64,000 nt of DNA from Oscillospiraceae bacterium (GTDB lineage Bacteria; Bacillota; Clostridia; Oscillospirales; Oscillospiraceae), in NCBI GenBank assembly GCA_017428565.1, contig JAFRQP010000088.1:28651-92650 (forward strand), in the 5' to 3' direction. A program made the translations under genes and the position numbers. The notes under the pieces were generated by a model. It had not been told where the DNA came from, did no database searches, and saw only the letters and a program-made list of their open reading frames with translations. Positions 53,278-62,345 of the stretch are shown here, in pieces (position 1 is the first letter of the stretch; every line of letters starts with the position of its first letter).

Positions 53278-53895
53278 TCAGCTCTCGCTGATATCGCCGG
53301 GATGAAGGGTTTGGGCCAGCTTGCGCCGGATCCGCTGTACGGCGTTGTCCACAGATTTGTCCTCCCGCTGGAGGCGGCGGGCAATGTCTCGATAGGACAA
53401 GCCCTCCAGATACAGGTCCAAAACCTGCTTTTCCAACCGGGACAGGCGCCGTTCACATAGTTCTTTCAGCTCTTCCTTGCTCTCTCTGGCCAGAACCAAA
53501 TCCTCCGGGCTGCGGCGAAAAATTTCGGGGGCGGCCGATAACTGCGAACTGGGATCATCGGAGAGTTGCTCAAGGGGCATGCTGTCGTTCAGGGGAAGAT
53601 GCTTGAGACGGGAAGCGGATTTGACGGCGGAGAAAAGACGCATGCGGATACAATGCTCCGCAAAGCTGCGAAAACTGACGCCTTGGGCGGGATCATACTC
53701 CCGAATGGCGGAAAGCAGACCGAACATGCCCTCCTGGCTCAGATCTTCGCTGTCCCCTCCCGCAAGGAAAAGCGGACGTGCGCAGACGCGCACCAACTGC
53801 ATATAGCGCCCGGCCAGGGCCTCTTCCGCGGCCCGATCGCCGTTTGCGGCAAGCCGCTGCAGCTCATTGTCATGCAAAACAGTCAAATCACGCAT
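53278..53895 (-). CDS. sigH: RNA polymerase sporulation sigma factor SigH (sigma-70 family)
   Basis: EDLSQEGMFGLLSAIREYD...SFRSFAEHCIRMRLFSAVKSASRLKHLPLNDSMPLE parallels the B. subtilis SigH region 2. The C-terminal HTH is LSYRDIARRL. Confidence 0.7.
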   Translation of the reverse strand: MRDLTVLHDNELQRLAANGDRAAEEALAGRYMQLVRVCARPLFLAGGDSEDLSQEGMFGLLSAIREYDPAQGVSFRSFAEHCIRMRLFSAVKSASRLKHLPLNDSMPLEQLSDDPSSQLSAAPEIFRRSPEDLVLARESKEELKELCERRLSRLEKQVLDLYLEGLSYRDIARRLQREDKSVDNAVQRIRRKLAQTLHPGDISES

Positions 53896-53929
53896 AGTAC
53901 CAGAACTTCTTACATCACATACAGGGAAT

Positions 53930-53957
53930 ATTATAACGAAAGTTCGGGCAAAGTCAA
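53930..53957 (-). promoter_or_regulatory. Sigma-A type promoter for sigH
   Basis: On the minus strand: TTGACT, 16 nt spacer, TATAAT. Confidence 0.6.
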
Positions 53958-54042
53958 TAGATTTTTCACATTTGCGATGGTTTTTTCGCGGGTGTTTTTG
54001 TAATTTGTGCTCATCCGGGCGGGATAGATCTGATTCTTTGCG

Positions 54043-55080
54043 CTAGATCTCCAACTGCTGCTGCCCCAGCTGGGCGATCCCCAAATGCTCGTAGGCACGG
54101 CGGGTGACGCAGCGGCCCCGAGGCGTGCGGGTGAGAAAACCCTGCTGCAGCAGGTAAGGCTCATACATATCCTCCAGCGTCACAGCCTCCTCGTTGATGG
54201 TGGCTGCCAGGGTGTCCAGACCTACAGGTCCGCCGTTATAGTAATCGATGATACTGCGCAGCATCCGGCGGTCCAGGGCGTCCAGACCAAGCTTGTCCAC
54301 CTCCAGGCGGCTCAGGGCGCGGTCGGCGATCTCTTTCGTAATGATGCCGTCTCCCTTTACCTGGGCGAAGTCCCGCACCCTGCGCAGGAGCCGGTTTGCA
54401 ATGCGAGGGGTGCCGCGGGAGCGGGAGGCGATCTCATAGGCGCCCTCCGGCTCGATGGCCACGTTCAGGATGCCAGAAGAGCGCTGGACGATGCGCTGCA
54501 GCTCCTCCGGCGTGTATAACTCCAGGCGCAGGGCCACGCCGAAGCGATCCCGCAGGGGCGCGGTGAGTTGACCGGAGCGGGTCGTGGCGCCGATGAGGGT
54601 GAAGCGGGGCAGATCCAGGTGGATAGAGTTGGCCGAGGGTCCCTTGCCCAGAATGATATCGATGGCGAAATCTTCCATGGCGGGGTACAGGATCTCCTCA
54701 TAGGCGCGGTTCAGACGGTGGATCTCGTCCACAAAGAGGATATCCCCCTCGTTCAGGTTCGTCAGCATGGCCACCAGGTCGCCGGGCTTTTCGATGGCGG
54801 GGCCAGAGGTGATGCGCATATTCACGCCCATCTCATTGGCAATCACCGCCGCCAGAGTGGTTTTGCCCAAGCCCGGGGGGCCATGGAGCAGAACATGGTC
54901 CAGAGGCTCACGGCGGAGCTTGGCCGCGTCGATGAAGATCTCCAGATTGCCCTTGGCTTTCTCCTGCCCGATGTACTCGGTCAGGGTCCTGGGGCGCAGA
55001 GAGCCTTCCGCTGCGTCCTCCGGCAGGCTCACCGTAGTGGTGATGCTCTCGCCGGCGTCTTCGGAAAAGTTGATACTCAT
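54043..55080 (-). CDS. ruvB: Holliday junction branch migration helicase RuvB
   Basis: [19 protein letters not shown] and [14 protein letters not shown] motifs. The true ATG at 55080 (MSINF) follows AAGGAAGG. The 47-codon N-terminal extension in the track runs through repeat copy B. Confidence 0.95.
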   Translation of the reverse strand: MSINFSEDAGESITTTVSLPEDAAEGSLRPRTLTEYIGQEKAKGNLEIFIDAAKLRREPLDHVLLHGPPGLGKTTLAAVIANEMGVNMRITSGPAIEKPGDLVAMLTNLNEGDILFVDEIHRLNRAYEEILYPAMEDFAIDIILGKGPSANSIHLDLPRFTLIGATTRSGQLTAPLRDRFGVALRLELYTPEELQRIVQRSSGILNVAIEPEGAYEIASRSRGTPRIANRLLRRVRDFAQVKGDGIITKEIADRALSRLEVDKLGLDALDRRMLRSIIDYYNGGPVGLDTLAATINEEAVTLEDMYEPYLLQQGFLTRTPRGRCVTRRAYEHLGIAQLGQQQLEI

Positions 55081-55090
55081 CTCAATAACA

Positions 55091-55268
55091 CCTTCCTTAT
55101 AGGCTCCCTCTTCGAGGGAGCTGTCAGTCGCCGATCTCCCGCGAGGCGGCTGACTGAGGGAATTGTGCGATAATTGACCTTCCAGAGAGGGGCGTGGGCT
55201 GTCCGACGCTCCCACCGTCACGGCGCTTGCGGGGGACGCGCCGTGCCACCTCCCTCAAAGAGGGAGGC
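55091..55268 (-). repeat. Multi-hairpin intergenic repeat element, copy B (between ruvA and ruvB)
   Basis: It has the same block order as copy A, with compensatory stem differences and two internal expansions. It abuts the ruvB RBS. Confidence 0.8.
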
Positions 55269-55282
55269 AAAGCGGAATAAAA

Positions 55283-55897
55283 TTATTTTACAAATTCCTT
55301 CAGCACGGCCTTGATGATGCCCTGGGCGTCCAGACCATTCAGATCCATGCGTTTGAGCACCGGCGTCAGCTCCGCGCTGGAGTAGCCCAGCACGGCCAGG
55401 CCCGCCATAGCGTCGGAAAGGGCCTTGTTCTCCCCCACAGTGGCGCTGGGCGCGGCGGAAACCGCAGGCAGACCGCCCCAGTCGCTCTCCCCCAGCTCCT
55501 TGCCGATTTTGTCCTTCAGCTCCAGGATTACCCGCTGGGCAATCTTCTTGCCGATGCCCGGCGCCACGGTCAGCGCCTTGGTATCGTCGTTCAGCACCGC
55601 CAGCGCCAGACTCTCCGGGCTGTTGTAGCTCAAAATCGAGAGGGCCGCCTTGGGGCCGATGCCGGAGACGCCGATCAGCATCTCGAAACAGCGCTTCTCG
55701 CTCTTGTCGAAGAAGCCGAAGAGGTCGAAATTGGTCTCGCCGATGCTTTCGCTGACATAGAGCTTCGCCCGCTGGCCGTTTTTCAGCCGGCTGAGAGTAT
55801 TGGTGGTCACGTTCAGCGCGAAGCCAAGGCCGCCGCAGTCCAGCACGGCAAGATTGGGGCCAAGCTCGGAAACGGTGCCCTCTAAGTGGTAGAACAT
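55283..55897 (-). CDS. ruvA: Holliday junction DNA-binding protein RuvA
   Basis: Begins MFYHLEGTVSELGPNLAVLDCGGLGF, with HhH motifs GVSGIGPKAALSIL and VAPGIGKKIAQRVILEL. ATG at 55897 follows GAGGAGGAG. Confidence 0.93.
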   Translation of the reverse strand: MFYHLEGTVSELGPNLAVLDCGGLGFALNVTTNTLSRLKNGQRAKLYVSESIGETNFDLFGFFDKSEKRCFEMLIGVSGIGPKAALSILSYNSPESLALAVLNDDTKALTVAPGIGKKIAQRVILELKDKIGKELGESDWGGLPAVSAAPSATVGENKALSDAMAGLAVLGYSSAELTPVLKRMDLNGLDAQGIIKAVLKEFVK

Positions 55898-56394
55898 GGC
55901 GAATCTCCTCCTCGGTTCAAAAGACTGGTGCTGCTGCGGGCGTGGCACAGGGCCAGGGCCACTGCGTCCGCCGCGTCGTCGGGCTTGGGCGGAGCCGGCA
56001 GATTGCAAAGGCGCTTGACCATGTCCATGACCTGGCGCTTCTCCGCACGGCCGTAGCCCACCACGGACTGCTTCACCTGCAGCGGCGTGTACTCAAAGAT
56101 CGGCACACCCGCCAGACGGCAGGCCAGCAGGATCACCCCGCGGGCATGGGCAACCGCGATACCGGTGGTGATATTGGTATTGAAAAACAGCTCCTCCACG
56201 CTGACGGCCTCGGGCTTGAAGATCGCCAGAAGATCCTGCATATCGTGGAAAATCTGCTCCAGCCGGCTGGAGAGGCTGGTATGGGCAGGTGTGGTAATGA
56301 CGCCGCATTTGAGCAGCGTGTTTCTGCCGCGATCCGCGTCCAGCACGCCGAAGCCGATGGTGGCCACGCCCGGATCAATGCCAAGAATCCGCAT
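55882..56394 (-). CDS. ruvC: Crossover junction endodeoxyribonuclease RuvC
   Basis: Begins MRILGIDPGVATIGFGV, with AVSVEELFFN and DAADAVALAL motifs. ATG at 56394. Overlaps the ruvA start by 16 nt. Confidence 0.92.
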   Translation of the reverse strand: MRILGIDPGVATIGFGVLDADRGRNTLLKCGVITTPAHTSLSSRLEQIFHDMQDLLAIFKPEAVSVEELFFNTNITTGIAVAHARGVILLACRLAGVPIFEYTPLQVKQSVVGYGRAEKRQVMDMVKRLCNLPAPPKPDDAADAVALALCHARSSTSLLNRGGDSPCSTT

Positions 56395-56413
56395 AAAATC
56401 AACTCCGCGGACT

Positions 56414-56442
56414 ATTTTAGCACAGAACCGGCGCAGACGCAA
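56414..56442 (-). promoter_or_regulatory. Sigma-A type promoter for ruvCAB
   Basis: On the minus strand: TTGCGT, 17 nt spacer, TAAAAT with an upstream TG. Confidence 0.55.
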
Positions 56443-56656
56443 GGCAAGATGCGCAGAAAGAAAAAGCGGGAGCGCGAGAAGAGATCAAAGCGCCCCGCCC
56501 CATCCAGCAAACCTGGAAAAAATAGCCTTTGCACAGCAGAATGAGCGGGTGTCGAGGACACGCCGTACTATACCCTGCCGGGGTATAATACGCTGCTAGC
56601 GGGGGTATTTTCTCCGCCGTTTTTCCGCATGATAGCCTATGGTTCTGAACGAAGGG

Positions 56657-56687
56657 CAAAAAAGGGGCCGGATACGAAATCCGGCCC
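56657..56687 (-). terminator. Rho-independent terminator after vanZ
   Basis: On the minus strand, stem GGGCCGGAT-TTCGT-ATCCGGCCC followed by CTTTTTTG. Confidence 0.75.
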
Positions 56688-56722
56688 AGGAGGCAATCCA
56701 TGTTTTTTCGGGAAAGGAGCGG

Positions 56723-57226
56723 CTATTTTTGCGGATCGGGCCCTCCCCTGCTCTTTCGTTTTCGCAACAGCCATAGCAGCACGATCCCTGCAGCGACCCC
56801 GACACAGTCCAGAAGCACATCTGACAGTTCGCCGCTTCGTCCGGGTACGAAAATCTGGTGCAGTTCGTCAGAAGCCGCATACAGCGCGCCGATCCCCAAA
56901 GCCAGGAGGCAGGGGCGGGAGATGCGGCGCCTCTTGCTCCAGGCCATGATATGCCCCAGCAGCGCAAGGCCGAGGAGAGCATACTCCGTAAAATGAGCCC
57001 CTTTTCGAACGATCAGAACCACGGTCTCAGAGATTTTGGCCTGACTGGCAGGATCCTCGTTCTCAAAACCGGGGAAAAACAGATCGAGGATCAGCTGCAC
57101 GATCCCGCCGCTGGTCTGGTTGGAAAGCTCCGCAGGCTGACTGGAGAAGACAAAGATCATCCCCATCAAAGCCAGCACCGGCAGAAGTGTGAGCCATAGG
57201 GCGTTTTTGCGCATAAAAGCTTTCAT
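56723..57226 (-). CDS. VanZ family membrane protein
   Basis: IVRKGAHFTEYALLG and ASDELHQIFVPGRSGELSDVLLD motifs. RBS GGGAGA. Confidence 0.85.
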   Translation of the reverse strand: MKAFMRKNALWLTLLPVLALMGMIFVFSSQPAELSNQTSGGIVQLILDLFFPGFENEDPASQAKISETVVLIVRKGAHFTEYALLGLALLGHIMAWSKRRRISRPCLLALGIGALYAASDELHQIFVPGRSGELSDVLLDCVGVAAGIVLLWLLRKRKSRGGPDPQK

Positions 57227-57377
57227 GGGCGGTCTCCCTTTGGAACTCGGATGAAAAGGCCCTCCCGCAGACGCAGGAGGGCGGGATGCGGGGGCGGGAC
57301 TGGTCCCTGCCCCTCTTCATTCGGACACGGGTCCAAATCTAAAAGCAAGCCAATTGCCGCTTTTGCTCCTCTTCCGG

Positions 57378-57851
57378 TCAAGCGATGCGCTGCCGCAGCT
57401 CCTGGGCGACCGCTTCGGCCTCGTCCAGCACCAGGTTCACTTTTTCCTTTCCTGCGGTCAGGCTCAAAACATTTTTGCGGGCGATCACGCTATTCAGTTC
57501 TGCGTAAGAAAAAGCAAACTCACGTGTCTTGAAGGCGTTCATCATGCATACGCCGCTGACGCCATTCTCCCGGATCTCCATGCGCTGCCGGATATAGCCG
57601 GTGGTCCTGGCGCGCAGGAGCCAGACCATGAGGGGGGTGAGGATGACCACCACGACGCCGGTCAGAATCCAGCCTACGGCCTTGCCGAGACCTGCGCCCT
57701 CCATCAGACTGGCTTCCATATAGCCGATCACCAGCATGGGGATCAGGATGGTGACAAATCCGCTCAAAAGATCCTTCCAGAAGGGCTTTTCCGTCCGCAG
57801 CTTTTCCGGAGCGAGCAGGGTCCGCTCTACAGTTCCCAATTTTTCTCCCAT
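57378..57851 (-). CDS. Hypothetical membrane protein (two TM helices plus a small C-terminal soluble domain)
   Basis: 157 aa with coding-like composition and a downstream hairpin plus T-run. No recognised motif. Confidence 0.5.
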   Translation of the reverse strand: MGEKLGTVERTLLAPEKLRTEKPFWKDLLSGFVTILIPMLVIGYMEASLMEGAGLGKAVGWILTGVVVVILTPLMVWLLRARTTGYIRQRMEIRENGVSGVCMMNAFKTREFAFSYAELNSVIARKNVLSLTAGKEKVNLVLDEAEAVAQELRQRIA

Positions 57852-57914
57852 GTTTAATCTCCTCTCAAAAGACCGGGAGGCGCAAAAAGAGCGTCTCCCG
57901 GTTGACAGAAGATA

Positions 57915-58211
57915 TTACTGCTTGGCGTTTTTCAGCGCCTTCAGGCTCTTGAACACGCAGGTGGCAAGCAGGAACGCCGCGCTCAGCGCCAGGCCCAGCT
58001 TCGCATTCTTGCTCTTGGCTTTTCCTGCAGGCTTGGTCTCGGGCTTGGCCTCAGCCTCGGGCTTGGGGGCCTCTTCTCCGGCCTTTTTTGGCAGAAGCTT
58101 GCCCAGGGTCTGCAGCACGCCGAATGCCATGCCCAGCACGCCCTTCCCTGCTTTCAGGGAAGCGGGAACCAGCTCCAGAAGCTTCTTGACGAGATCAAAC
58201 AGTTCTTTCAT
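57915..58211 (-). CDS. Hypothetical Lys/Ala/Pro-rich tail-anchored small protein
   Basis: 98 aa with an amphipathic N-terminus, a PKPEAEAKPETKPAGKAK linker and a C-terminal hydrophobic helix. Confidence 0.45.
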   Translation of the reverse strand: MKELFDLVKKLLELVPASLKAGKGVLGMAFGVLQTLGKLLPKKAGEEAPKPEAEAKPETKPAGKAKSKNAKLGLALSAAFLLATCVFKSLKALKNAKQ

Positions 58212-58238
58212 GTTTTCTCCTTTTGTATCAGTCGATAC

Positions 58239-58637
58239 TTACTTCTTCACAAGGACATAGTCCTGGCCGTCCTCCTTGTAGGACAGCTCGTTGCCCTTCA
58301 GGGTAAAGGTGGCGGGATCGTCCTGGATGGTGATGGTGATCTGGTCGCCGTCCTGCTTCCAGGTGCCGGTCTCGGCCGCTTCGCCGGCCAGGGTGGCCAC
58401 GGCGCTGCCGTCAGACTTGAGCTCCACGGTCATCAGCTCCTCATAGGAGGAGACGCCGAACATCTGCAGCGCAAAGTCCGCATCCTCGCCCAGCATGGAC
58501 TTGAAATACTCCTCCACCGGCTGGCCGGCGATGGTTTTGACCACGTACCTGCCTGTGGGGTCGGAGCTGCCGCCGCAGCCGGCCAGCAGCGCCACGGTCA
58601 TAACCAAGGCCAGAAGGATCGCGATACCTCTTTTCAT
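58239..58637 (-). CDS. Hypothetical lipoprotein
   Basis: Signal peptide with lipobox LLAGC (MKRGIAILLALVMTVALLAGCGGSS). Confidence 0.65.
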   Translation of the reverse strand: MKRGIAILLALVMTVALLAGCGGSSDPTGRYVVKTIAGQPVEEYFKSMLGEDADFALQMFGVSSYEELMTVELKSDGSAVATLAGEAAETGTWKQDGDQITITIQDDPATFTLKGNELSYKEDGQDYVLVKK

Positions 58638-58688
58638 GGTTTCTCCTTTCTTTCAGTGCCTGCTCGTTGACAAGCCGTTTATGCGGTC

Positions 58689-59429
58689 TTACTCCGCGTC
58701 CTCCCAGTTGTGCCAGACGTTCTGCACGTCGTCAAAATCCTCGAACATGTCCAGCATCTTCTGCATGTTCTTGGCGTCGTCCTCGTTGGTGATCTTGATG
58801 TAGCCGTTCTGGGGCAGCATCTCCACCTGCGCCTCCAGCAGGGTATAGCCCTTCTCGGTCAGCGCCTCGGCCACGGCGGCCACGTCGTCCTCCGCGGTAT
58901 AGACGGTCATGGTCTCGCCCTCGGCCTCGAAATCGGCGGCGCCGGCGTCCAGCGCGTCCATCATCACGGTGTCCTCGTCCAGCTCCTCGTCCTCATTGTC
59001 GATGACGATGACGCCCTTCTTGTCGAAGGACCAGCTGACGCAGTTGGCGGCGCCCATGTTTCCGCCGTACTTGTCGAAGTAGTGGCGTATTTCACCCGCG
59101 GTACGGTTGCGGTTGTCGGTCATGGTCTCCACAATGACGGCAACGCCCTGGGGGCCGTAGCCTTCGTAAACGATCTTCTCGTAGTTTTCGGTGTTGCCCG
59201 CGCCCAGCGCCTTGTCGATGGTGCGCTTGATGTTGTCGTTGGGCATGTTGGCGGCCTTGGCCTTGGCGATCACGGCGGCCAGCTTGGAATTGGAGCGGGG
59301 ATCACCGCCGCCGCCTTCCTTGACGGCCACGATCATCTCACGGGCGATCTTGGTGAAGGCCTGAGCGCGCTTGGCGTCCGCCGCGCCCTTGGTCTTCTGT
59401 ATGTTGTGCCATTTGGAATGTCCGGACAT
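58689..59429 (-). CDS. yebC: YebC/PmpR family DNA-binding transcriptional regulator
   Basis: Begins MSGHSKWHNIQKTKGAADAKRAQAFTKIAREM. 246 aa. Confidence 0.93.
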   Translation of the reverse strand: MSGHSKWHNIQKTKGAADAKRAQAFTKIAREMIVAVKEGGGGDPRSNSKLAAVIAKAKAANMPNDNIKRTIDKALGAGNTENYEKIVYEGYGPQGVAVIVETMTDNRNRTAGEIRHYFDKYGGNMGAANCVSWSFDKKGVIVIDNEDEELDEDTVMMDALDAGAADFEAEGETMTVYTAEDDVAAVAEALTEKGYTLLEAQVEMLPQNGYIKITNEDDAKNMQKMLDMFEDFDDVQNVWHNWEDAE

Positions 59430-59492
59430 AAAAACAGCTCCTCTTATGCAAAATTAGACAAGCGTCATTTTAGCACAAGAGGAGCCTGTTTT
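59430..59492 (-). promoter_or_regulatory. 5'-UTR hairpin pairing the yebC Shine-Dalgarno with an upstream anti-SD
   Basis: On the minus strand, AAAACAGGCTCCTCTT pairs with AAGAGGAGCTGTTTT across a 31-nt loop, immediately before the ATG. The pairing is 15 bp with one bulge. Confidence 0.4.
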
Positions 59493-59595
59493 CAAGTGCT
59501 TCCTACACGGGAATTCAAGAATGAGGGACAGGCGGCGCATTTTGCCCGTCCCGTCCCTCGTGTCGATTCCGGAATGAAGCACTGGAGATTGCGGA

Positions 59596-61080
59596 TTATT
59601 CTCGCGGGACAAGCAGCAGCTCTGCGTCCTCGGGATTCCGGGCAGCTATGGCTTCCACGCTGGAGCGATAGGCTTTTGCCAGATCCCAGAGCCCCTCCCC
59701 TTCCCGTCTGCGCACGAGAAAGAGCTCCGGCCAGGTCTCGCTGCCCCAAGCCTGATCTTCGTCCAGTGCAAGGCCCGTCACACAAAACACGGATTGCCGC
59801 TCTTCCCGCAAGAAGCTGGCTTCGCTTTCACAGCGCAGATGCAGACGATCCTCCTCCGGACGCAAATCCAGGAGTGTTTCCCGCGTTTCCTGCAGGCCTA
59901 CGCCATCTTGCACAGCATCTTGCTCCAGGCGCAGGCTCCGGCGCGCGCAGGCCATGCCTCCGTCCTTTTTGCGATAGAGCAGATCCAGCGTCAAACTCTG
60001 CCCGATGCTCTCCCGATTCACCTCCAGAGGCTCCCAGAAGCGCTGTACGGCAAGAAGCTCCCCGGCGTCATCCGGCATAGGAAGAGTCGTATCTGCCCGC
60101 AGACGGACAATTTCCTGCTCCAGGCGGCGAAGGAAACGGCGCTCCTCTCCCTGCGCCTGACAAGGCATTCGCGTGCTGTAGGCGTCGGCGGCTGTGACTG
60201 TCGTCACCCGATCGTAGACGCAAAGCTGTGCCACCGCGTGGATCTCCGCGTCCAGGCTTCGCTCCCCCGCTGCGCTCTCCACCCAGCTCAGATAAGCGGA
60301 ACTGGGCTCGATATGCAGGCTGTATTCGCTCCACTCCGTTTCTCCTGTGTCCAGCAGTTGAGAAAACGGCAGCGAGTAATACTGCCGCTGTGGCAATCCC
60401 CTGTCGTCCAAGCCCCATAGGGAGAGTTTCACGCTGCCCTTGATCACCGTACGTGTGCCGAGCCGCTCCGCCTGCAGCTCTTCGAAATGCAGCTCTTCCC
60501 CCAGAACCTTGTCGGGGCAGGGCCGTCCCGCAGGCACCGGAAGCTGCTCCCGGAGAGAGAACTGCTTCTCCCAGACGCCGGTGACGGCCATCACCTCCTG
60601 CTGCCTACGCAGGAGATAGAGTCCCTCCCGTTCATCCGGAAGCGCCGTGTTTTTCGGCAGACTGCTCTTTTCGTAACAGCGCAGCTGCGCCGACACGACA
60701 AAGCTAGCCTGGAGCTTCCGCGGATTCAGCGCCCTCGCCTCCACCCGGTCCAGTCTCCAGCGGAGCGTGGGCGTTGCCTCCGCGTCCGGCCTGGCGTTTT
60801 CAAAATCCACTCGGAAGGGCTTGGTGAGACGCAGACTCTCCAGCGCGTCCAATCCCTCCGTCAAATAGAGCACGCTTGCCCAGACCTCGCCCGAGACACT
60901 GACGCCCTCCGGCCGCAGCTCCTTGCCTTTCAGCAAGAGCCCGCCTTGCGTCCAAACGATCCGCCCAACGTCCGGCAGCGTGTCGGGCACCACGCTCTCC
61001 GCCGATACCAGACTTTGCTTCTCCAGGGGCTCGCCGCAGTTCCAGACCGACAGCTCCTCCTGCGTCAATTTCAGTTCCAT
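59596..61080 (-). CDS. DUF3794 domain protein (spore-associated family)
   Basis: 494 aa with ESVVPDTLPDVGRIVW...VSVSGEVWASVLYL, typical of DUF3794 repeats. ATG at 61080 follows AAGGAAGGG. Confidence 0.5.
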   Translation of the reverse strand: MELKLTQEELSVWNCGEPLEKQSLVSAESVVPDTLPDVGRIVWTQGGLLLKGKELRPEGVSVSGEVWASVLYLTEGLDALESLRLTKPFRVDFENARPDAEATPTLRWRLDRVEARALNPRKLQASFVVSAQLRCYEKSSLPKNTALPDEREGLYLLRRQQEVMAVTGVWEKQFSLREQLPVPAGRPCPDKVLGEELHFEELQAERLGTRTVIKGSVKLSLWGLDDRGLPQRQYYSLPFSQLLDTGETEWSEYSLHIEPSSAYLSWVESAAGERSLDAEIHAVAQLCVYDRVTTVTAADAYSTRMPCQAQGEERRFLRRLEQEIVRLRADTTLPMPDDAGELLAVQRFWEPLEVNRESIGQSLTLDLLYRKKDGGMACARRSLRLEQDAVQDGVGLQETRETLLDLRPEEDRLHLRCESEASFLREERQSVFCVTGLALDEDQAWGSETWPELFLVRRREGEGLWDLAKAYRSSVEAIAARNPEDAELLLVPRE

Positions 61081-61193
61081 GCTATCCCTTCCTTGTTCAA
61101 ATTCCCGTTTTCCTCTCGCCCCCGCAGCATAAGGAGCAGCCGGGACAGCCAGCGCGGCAGACGAAACACATAGATCCGCATGTTCTCCTCCCC

Positions 61194-61385
61194 TCAAGTG
61201 CAGCAGCGCAGATACCAAACTCCCAGGCCGATCAGCCCCGCTGCCAGGAAAAACCACCAGAATTCAGCCGGCAGCACCAGCGCCAACAGGATGAATAGCC
61301 CGGCGCCGATGGCCGCAAAGCCCCACAGGCCGCAGCGTCCTCTTCGCACAGCAAACCGCCCCCCGCATTCGGTATTTCCATACAC
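61194..61385 (-). CDS. Hypothetical small membrane protein (50-63 aa)
   Basis: Two hydrophobic helices (GLWGFAAIGAGLFILLALVL and FWWFFLAAGLIGLGVWYL). Only GTG starts are available and there is no clear RBS. Confidence 0.3.
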   Translation of the reverse strand: MYGNTECGGRFAVRRGRCGLWGFAAIGAGLFILLALVLPAEFWWFFLAAGLIGLGVWYLRCCT

Positions 61386-61469
61386 GATATGCGAGGGGCG
61401 GGATTGGTATGCAGTTTTGAGAAGTCAGTTTTGAGTTTTGAGCAAATGCTTCTCTCGTCTCCTCAAAAC

Positions 61470-62345
61470 TCACTCCCAACTCTTCCGTTGGGCGCTGAGT
61501 TCGTAGAGACGCAGATAACTGCGATAGCGGCTGTCCGAGACCAGGCCGGCTTCCACCGCGGAGCGAACGGCACAGTCCGGCTCCCGACGATGGCTGCAGT
61601 CGGGAAAGCGGCATTTGCCTATGTACGGGCTAAAATCCCGGAAATCCTGCTGGAGCTGCTCCTTGGGCACGGGCTTTACCATTTCCAGCTCAAAGGACGC
61701 GAAGCCGGGCGTATCGGCAACGTAGCTGTCCTCCTCCAGCTGAAAGAGCTCCACGTGCCGCGTGGTGTGCTTGCCGCGTCCCAGCTTTTCGCTGACAACG
61801 TCCGTCGGCAGGGAGAGCCCGGGCATCAGACGGTTCAGCAGGCTGGATTTCCCGACGCCGGTGTTCCCGGTGAAGGCGCTGACCTTGCCGCGCATCAGGC
61901 TGCGCAGACTCTCGATGCCTTCTCCGGTCTCTGCGCTGGTGCAGACCACCGGGAAGCCCGCCAGCTCATAGTTCCGGCGCAGCTCCGCTCCTGCGTCCAG
62001 ATCCATTTTGTTCACGCATACGATGAGATCGATGTCCTCCTCCGCGGCGAGCACAGAGACGCGGTCGATCAGGAAGGGATCTGTGACAGGATTTGTGTTT
62101 GAGGCGATGAAAACAAGCGCGTCGATGTTGGCGACCGCCGGGCGGATGAACCAGTTTCTGCGCTCCTGCACCCGGTCGATCCTTCCGCTGCCGTCCGCTT
62201 CTCGATGACAGAGCACCCGATCCCCCACCAGGGGCGAGGTGCCGTCCAGCCGGAAACGTCCCCGGGCCTTGCAGGTCAGAAGGCCTTCCGCCGTCTGCAC
62301 GGTGTAAAAACCGCTGAGTGCCTTGATAATCCTTCCTTCCGTCAT
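61470..62345 (-). CDS. rsgA: Ribosome small subunit-dependent GTPase A
   Basis: OB domain, NKMDL, GNTGVGKSSLLN and zinc motif CRFPDCSHRREPDC. Overlaps the prkC stop (ATGA). Confidence 0.93.
   Translation of the reverse strand: MTEGRIIKALSGFYTVQTAEGLLTCKARGRFRLDGTSPLVGDRVLCHREADGSGRIDRVQERRNWFIRPAVANIDALVFIASNTNPVTDPFLIDRVSVLAAEEDIDLIVCVNKMDLDAGAELRRNYELAGFPVVCTSAETGEGIESLRSLMRGKVSAFTGNTGVGKSSLLNRLMPGLSLPTDVVSEKLGRGKHTTRHVELFQLEEDSYVADTPGFASFELEMVKPVPKEQLQQDFRDFSPYIGKCRFPDCSHRREPDCAVRSAVEAGLVSDSRYRSYLRLYELSAQRKSWE

Noticed and set aside
55081-55221. An N-terminal 47-aa extension of RuvB in the ORF track.
   Set aside because: It reads through the intergenic repeat element. The canonical RuvB N-terminus starts at the ATG at 55080, which has a good RBS.
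56443-56656. A 210-bp unassigned spacer upstream of the ruvC promoter with an AT-rich 11-bp palindrome (GTACTATACCC/GGGTATAATAC, 56565-56591) and a short GTGTC/GACAC hairpin.
   Set aside because: I could not tie it to a LexA box (there is no GAAC-N4-GTTC), a Spo0A box or any RNA motif. There is no ORF with an RBS. The evidence is insufficient to call a feature.
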